NCBI GenBank assembly: GCA_963842525.1 | Contig: CAWJGT010000034.1 | Location: 192,001 to 256,000, forward strand | DNA length: 64,000 nt | DNA from: an uncultured Holophagales bacterium | GTDB lineage: Bacteria; Acidobacteriota; Thermoanaerobaculia; Multivoradales; UBA5704 | Direction of reading: 5' to 3' | Shown: one piece after another, positions 59,801-64,000 of the stretch | How positions within the stretch are numbered: the first letter of the stretch is position 1 | Layout of the letters: every line of letters begins with the position of its first letter | Position numbers and translations under genes: made by a program | The notes under the pieces: generated by a model | Told to the model about the DNA's origin: nothing | Database searches by the model: none | The model's input: only the letters and a program-made list of their open reading frames with translations

Positions 59801-62800
59801 TCCTGGACACCCTGCCGTTGACCCCCAACGGCAAGGTGGACCGCCGGGCCCTGGCCCGCCTGCAGCCTGCGTCCGCGGAAGCTCGCGGCGCCGAGCCGGA
59901 GACTCCGCTCGAGCGCCGGATCGCCGCGGTGTGGAGCGACCTGCTCGGGCACGAGCGGGTCGGCCGCGACGACGACTTCTTCGCCCTGGGCGGCCACTCG
60001 TTGCTGGCCACCCGCGTGGTCGCGCGGCTGCGCCAGGAAGCTCGGCATCGAGCTGCCGCTCGTCACGGTGTTCGAAAACCCAACGCTGGCGGGTCTCGCC
60101 GCCGCGGTCGAGCACGAGGCCGAGGGCGCGCCGGACGACCTCATCCCCGCCGCGGCCAGCCTGGACGAGGCAGAGCGCCGGATGGTCCTCGAAGAGTGGA
60201 GCTCGACGGGGTGGAAGACCCCGGCTCCCGCCCTCATCCATGAGCTGTTCGCGCAGCAGGCGGCCCGGGCTCCCGGCAAGACCGCCGCGGTCTGCCAGGG
60301 CACGGCCGTCACCTACCGGGAGCTCGCCGAGCGGGCCGGTCAGCTGGCGCGCCTCATCCTGAGCTTTGAAGACCGCGGCCTGATCGGCCTGATGGCCACG
60401 CCGGATCTGCCGCTGCTTGTGGGCATGCTGGGCATCCTCAAGGCCGGGCGCGGCTTCGTGCCCCTTGATCCCGATCTCCCGGCCGAGCGCCTCCAGCGGA
60501 TGGTCGAGGACTGCGGCCTCACCGTCCTTGCTACCGACCGGAGGAACCTCGCCAGGTGCCCGGCCGTGGCGCACGTGGTCTGCCTGGACGAGCTCGATCC
60601 GGAGCTGGAGCCGCTCTCCCCGGCGGAAGCCGGGACGGGGGACGGGACCGCCTACGTGATCTTCACCTCGGGCTCGACCGGAGTCCCCAAAGGGGTGCCC
60701 ATCACCCACGAGAACCTGGTGCCGCTGCTCCTCTGGAGCCGCGAGGTCTTCGGCTTCGGCGAGCATACGCGGGTCCTCCAGAGCCTCTCCTACGCCTTCG
60801 ACTTCGGGGTCTTCGAGATCTTCACCACGCTGCTCTTCGGCGGCACGATCGTCCTGCGCGGCGAGGCCGAGCGCAGCGACATCGAAGGTTATCTCCAGGA
60901 GGTCCGGGACCATGGCATCAACACCCTCCACACCACCCCCTCTTTCTTCCGCGCCGTCGCAGCCGCAGCCGCGGGAGAGCGCCTCCCGCTGCAGGTTCTC
61001 CATCTCGGCGGCGAGGCCCTGAGTGAGGGTCTGGTCGCGGAGGCCTTCGCGGTCACCGGTCCGGAGTGCCGGGTGTTCAACGGCTACGGGCCGACCGAGG
61101 CAGCGGTCAACTGTGCTCTCTACGAGGTGGGACGGGAGGCGGAATGGCGCCCGCGCGGGCTCGCCTCCATCCCCATCGGCTACCCCTCGGCCGAGAACCG
61201 CCTCTACGTGCTCGACCGCCGCCTGCAACCGGTGCCGGCCGGGGTGGCCGGCGAGCTGCTGGTGGGCGGCCAGGCCCTCTCCCGCGGCTATCTCGGCCGG
61301 CCGGACCTGACCGCGGCGCGATTCATCCCTGATCCCTTTGGCGAATCGGGCGGGCGCCTCTACCGCACGGGAGACCTCGTCCGCTTCCACGCGGACCGGG
61401 CCATCGAGTTTCTGGGACGCGTCGACCACCAGGTCAAAATCCGCGGCTACCGCATCGAGCTCCAGGAGATCGAGGCCGCCCTCGCCGCGCACCCGGAGGT
61501 CGGCGCCTGCGCCGTCGTCGCCCTGTCCCAGGACGGCGGCGAGGCCCGCCTCGCGGCGTTCGTAACCGCCCGCCAGCAGCCGCCGGAGGCCGCGGAGCTG
61601 CGCCTCTTCCTCAGCCGCACGCTGCCCGCGTACATGGTGCCCGCGTCCTTCGCCTTCCTGGCCGAGCTGCCTTTAAATGCGAGCGGCAAGGTGGACCGCA
61701 AGGCACTGGCCCTCCTGCATCCTCCGTCCGCGGAAGCTCCCGGCGCCGAGCCGGAGACACCGCTCGAGCGCCGGATCGCCGCAATGTGGAGCGACCTCCT
61801 GGGACAGCCGCGGATCGGCCGCGACGACGATTTCTTCACGTTGGGCGGCCACTCGCTGCTCGCCACCCGGGTGGTCTCCCGCCTGCGCCGGGAGCTGGGC
61901 ATCGAGCTGCCCGTCATCGCCCTGTTCGAAAATCCCACGCTGGCGGGGCTGGCTGCGGCGGTCGAGCGGGAGGGTGAGGTCCTGCCGGGCGGCGGTCTCC
62001 TGCTGGCGGTAGCAAGCGAGACCGCGCCTCCTCTCTCCTTCGCCCAGGAGAGGCTCTGGTTCCTTGATCAGCTCCGGCCCGACAGCGCCTCCTACAACAT
62101 CCCGGCTGCGGTCCGGCTCGCCGGCACACTGGATCCCGCGGTGCTCACCGCCTGCTTCGGCGAGATCGTCCGCCGCCACGCCACGCTGCGCACCACCTTC
62201 CTCGTGGATACCGGCGGCGAGCCACGCCAGCAGGTCGCGCCGGCGGCCGAGGTCCGCCTGTCCCTGGTCGATCTCGCCGCCCTGCCGGAGGAGGCCCGGA
62301 GCCGGGAGGCCCGACACCTGGCCGCCGCCGAGGCCGCGGCGCCCTTCGATCTCGCGGCCGGACCGCTGCTGCGCACCACGCTGCTACGGCTGGGAGAGGA
62401 CGAGCACCTGCTCCTGCTGACCTTCCACCACATCGTGGCGGACGGCTGGTCCATCGCCATCCTCGTGCGCGAGACCGCGGCCCTCTACGAGGCCTTCGCG
62501 GCCGGAAAGCCCTCCCCGCTGCCGGCGCTGCCGGTGCAGTACGCGGACTTCGCGCTCTGGCAGCGCCGCCGCCTGAGCGGCGAGAGGCTCGAAGGTGAGC
62601 TCCGCTTCTGGAGCGAGCGCCTGCACGGCGCGCCGCCGGAGCTGGCGCTGCCCACCGACCGCGCCCGCCCCGCCCTGCCGAGAGAGCGCGGCGCAAGCTG
62701 CCGGATCCGCCTTTCGCCCGAGCTGGCCGAAGGGGTCCGCCAGCTCGCTCAGAGCGCCGGCGCCACCCCGTTCATGGTCCTGCTCGCCGCCTTCGAGGTG

Positions 62801-64000
62801 CTGCTCTCGCGCCTCTCCGGCCAAGCCGACCTCACCGTCGGCATACCCGTAGCCGGACGCCAGCGCGCCGAGATCGAGGGCCTGATCGGCTTCTTTGTCA
62901 ATACCCTGGTGCTGCGCGCCAACCTCGAGGACGAACCCTCCTTCGCCGAATTCCTCGCCCGCACCCGCCGGCATGCGCTGGAGGCCTTCTCCCATCAGGA
63001 GATGCCCTTCGAGAAGCTCGTCGAACAGCTTCAGCCCGGGCGCAACCTGGCGCAGACGCCGCTGTTCCAGGCCTCCTTCGTCCTGCAGAACGCGCCGGCC
63101 GAGCCGCTGCGCCTGCCGGGGCTCGCCGTGGAGCTGCTCCCAGTCGACAACGGCACCGCCAAGTTCGACCTCACCCTGGCTCTGGCCGAGGACGGGGACG
63201 GCTTTGCCGGCGAGCTGGTCGGCAGCGCCGACCTGTTCGAGGAAGCGACGATCCAGCGTTGGGCCGGCTGCTTCGAGCATCTCCTGGCGGCCGCCCTTGC
63301 GGCTCCCGGCGAGTACGTCTTCGAGCTCCCCCTTCTCGGCGAGGCGGAGCGCCGTACGGTCCTCGAAGAGTGGGGCTCGGCGGGCTGGAAAGCCCCGGCG
63401 CCTGTCCTCATCCACGAGCTCTTTGCGCAGCAGGCGGCCCGGACTCCCAGCAAGATCGCCGCGATCTGCCACGGCACGGCCCTCACCTACCAGGATCTCG
63501 ACGAGCAGGCCGGGCGGCTGGCGCGCCGGATCATGAGCTGCGAAGACCGCGGCCTGGTCGGCCTGATGGCTGCGCCGGACCTGCCGCTGCTGGTGGGCAT
63601 GCTGGGCATCCTCCAGGCCGGGAGCGGCTTCGTGCCCCTCGATCCCGACCTCCCGGCCGAGCGCCTCGCGCGGATGGTCGAGGACTGCGGTCTCACCGTC
63701 TTGGCAACCGACCGGACGAGCCTCCCCAGGTGTCCGGCCGTGGCGCACGTTGTCTGCCTGGACGACCTCGATCCGGCGCTGGAGCCGCTCTCCCTGATGG
63801 CTGGCGGGGACGGTACCGCCTACGTGATCTTCACCTCCGGCTCCACCGGGGTGCCCAAAGGGGTGCCCATCACCCATGAGAACCTGATCCCCCTGCTGCT
63901 CTGGAGCCGCGAGGTCTTCGGCTTCGGCGAGCACACGCGGGTCCTCCAGAGCCTCTCCTATGCCTTCGACTTCGGGGTCTTCGAGATCTTCACCACGCTG
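56884..64000 (+). CDS. NRPS 2 (partial): C-A-T-A-T-C-A...; frameshift at ~60038
   Basis: ATG 56884 (MVDESA) overlaps the NRPS1 stop. HHIITDG C domain; A code DAFFLGVTFK (Ile-like); T; an extra A in cgccaggaagctc; then A-T, a HHIVADG C domain and an A domain running off the window. Confidence 0.9.

Overview
High-GC bacterial window; the gene families suggest Acidobacteriota/Thermoanaerobaculia, which is an inference. The backbone is a GspE/PilB-type ATPase, fasciclin, DUF899, glycogen-debranching enzyme, czcCBA-type RND efflux, three secreted protease-cluster genes, yebC and an AI-2E transporter. The last ~19.6 kb is the start of a FAAL-initiated lipopeptide NRPS cluster with an Fe(II)/2OG hydroxylase. 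Lower-GC accessory cargo sits between backbone genes: an EAD11-linked SIR2/nSTAND1/TIR operon, VapBC, MazEF, AbiV, a 1585-aa nuclease-STAND protein and an ORF-less group II intron. Most of that cargo is bracketed by decayed duplicate copies of gene ends. The most unusual signals are (1) a secreted peptide with two DGRCxxDPxGCP cores beside a TPR protein and an XRE regulator, a candidate peptide-signalling module; (2) two Cys-rich leader peptides ending PRx[IV][LF]HVP[RK]A upstream of metal operons; (3) an HMA-like protein with an in-frame TGA in a CxxU motif followed by a SECIS-like hairpin; (4) three unrelated tracts with 21-bp periodicity; (5) an NRPS A-T module with no C domain. Several small frameshifts in short homopolymers suggest sequencing error. 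All family calls come from reading motifs by eye; no database search was run.
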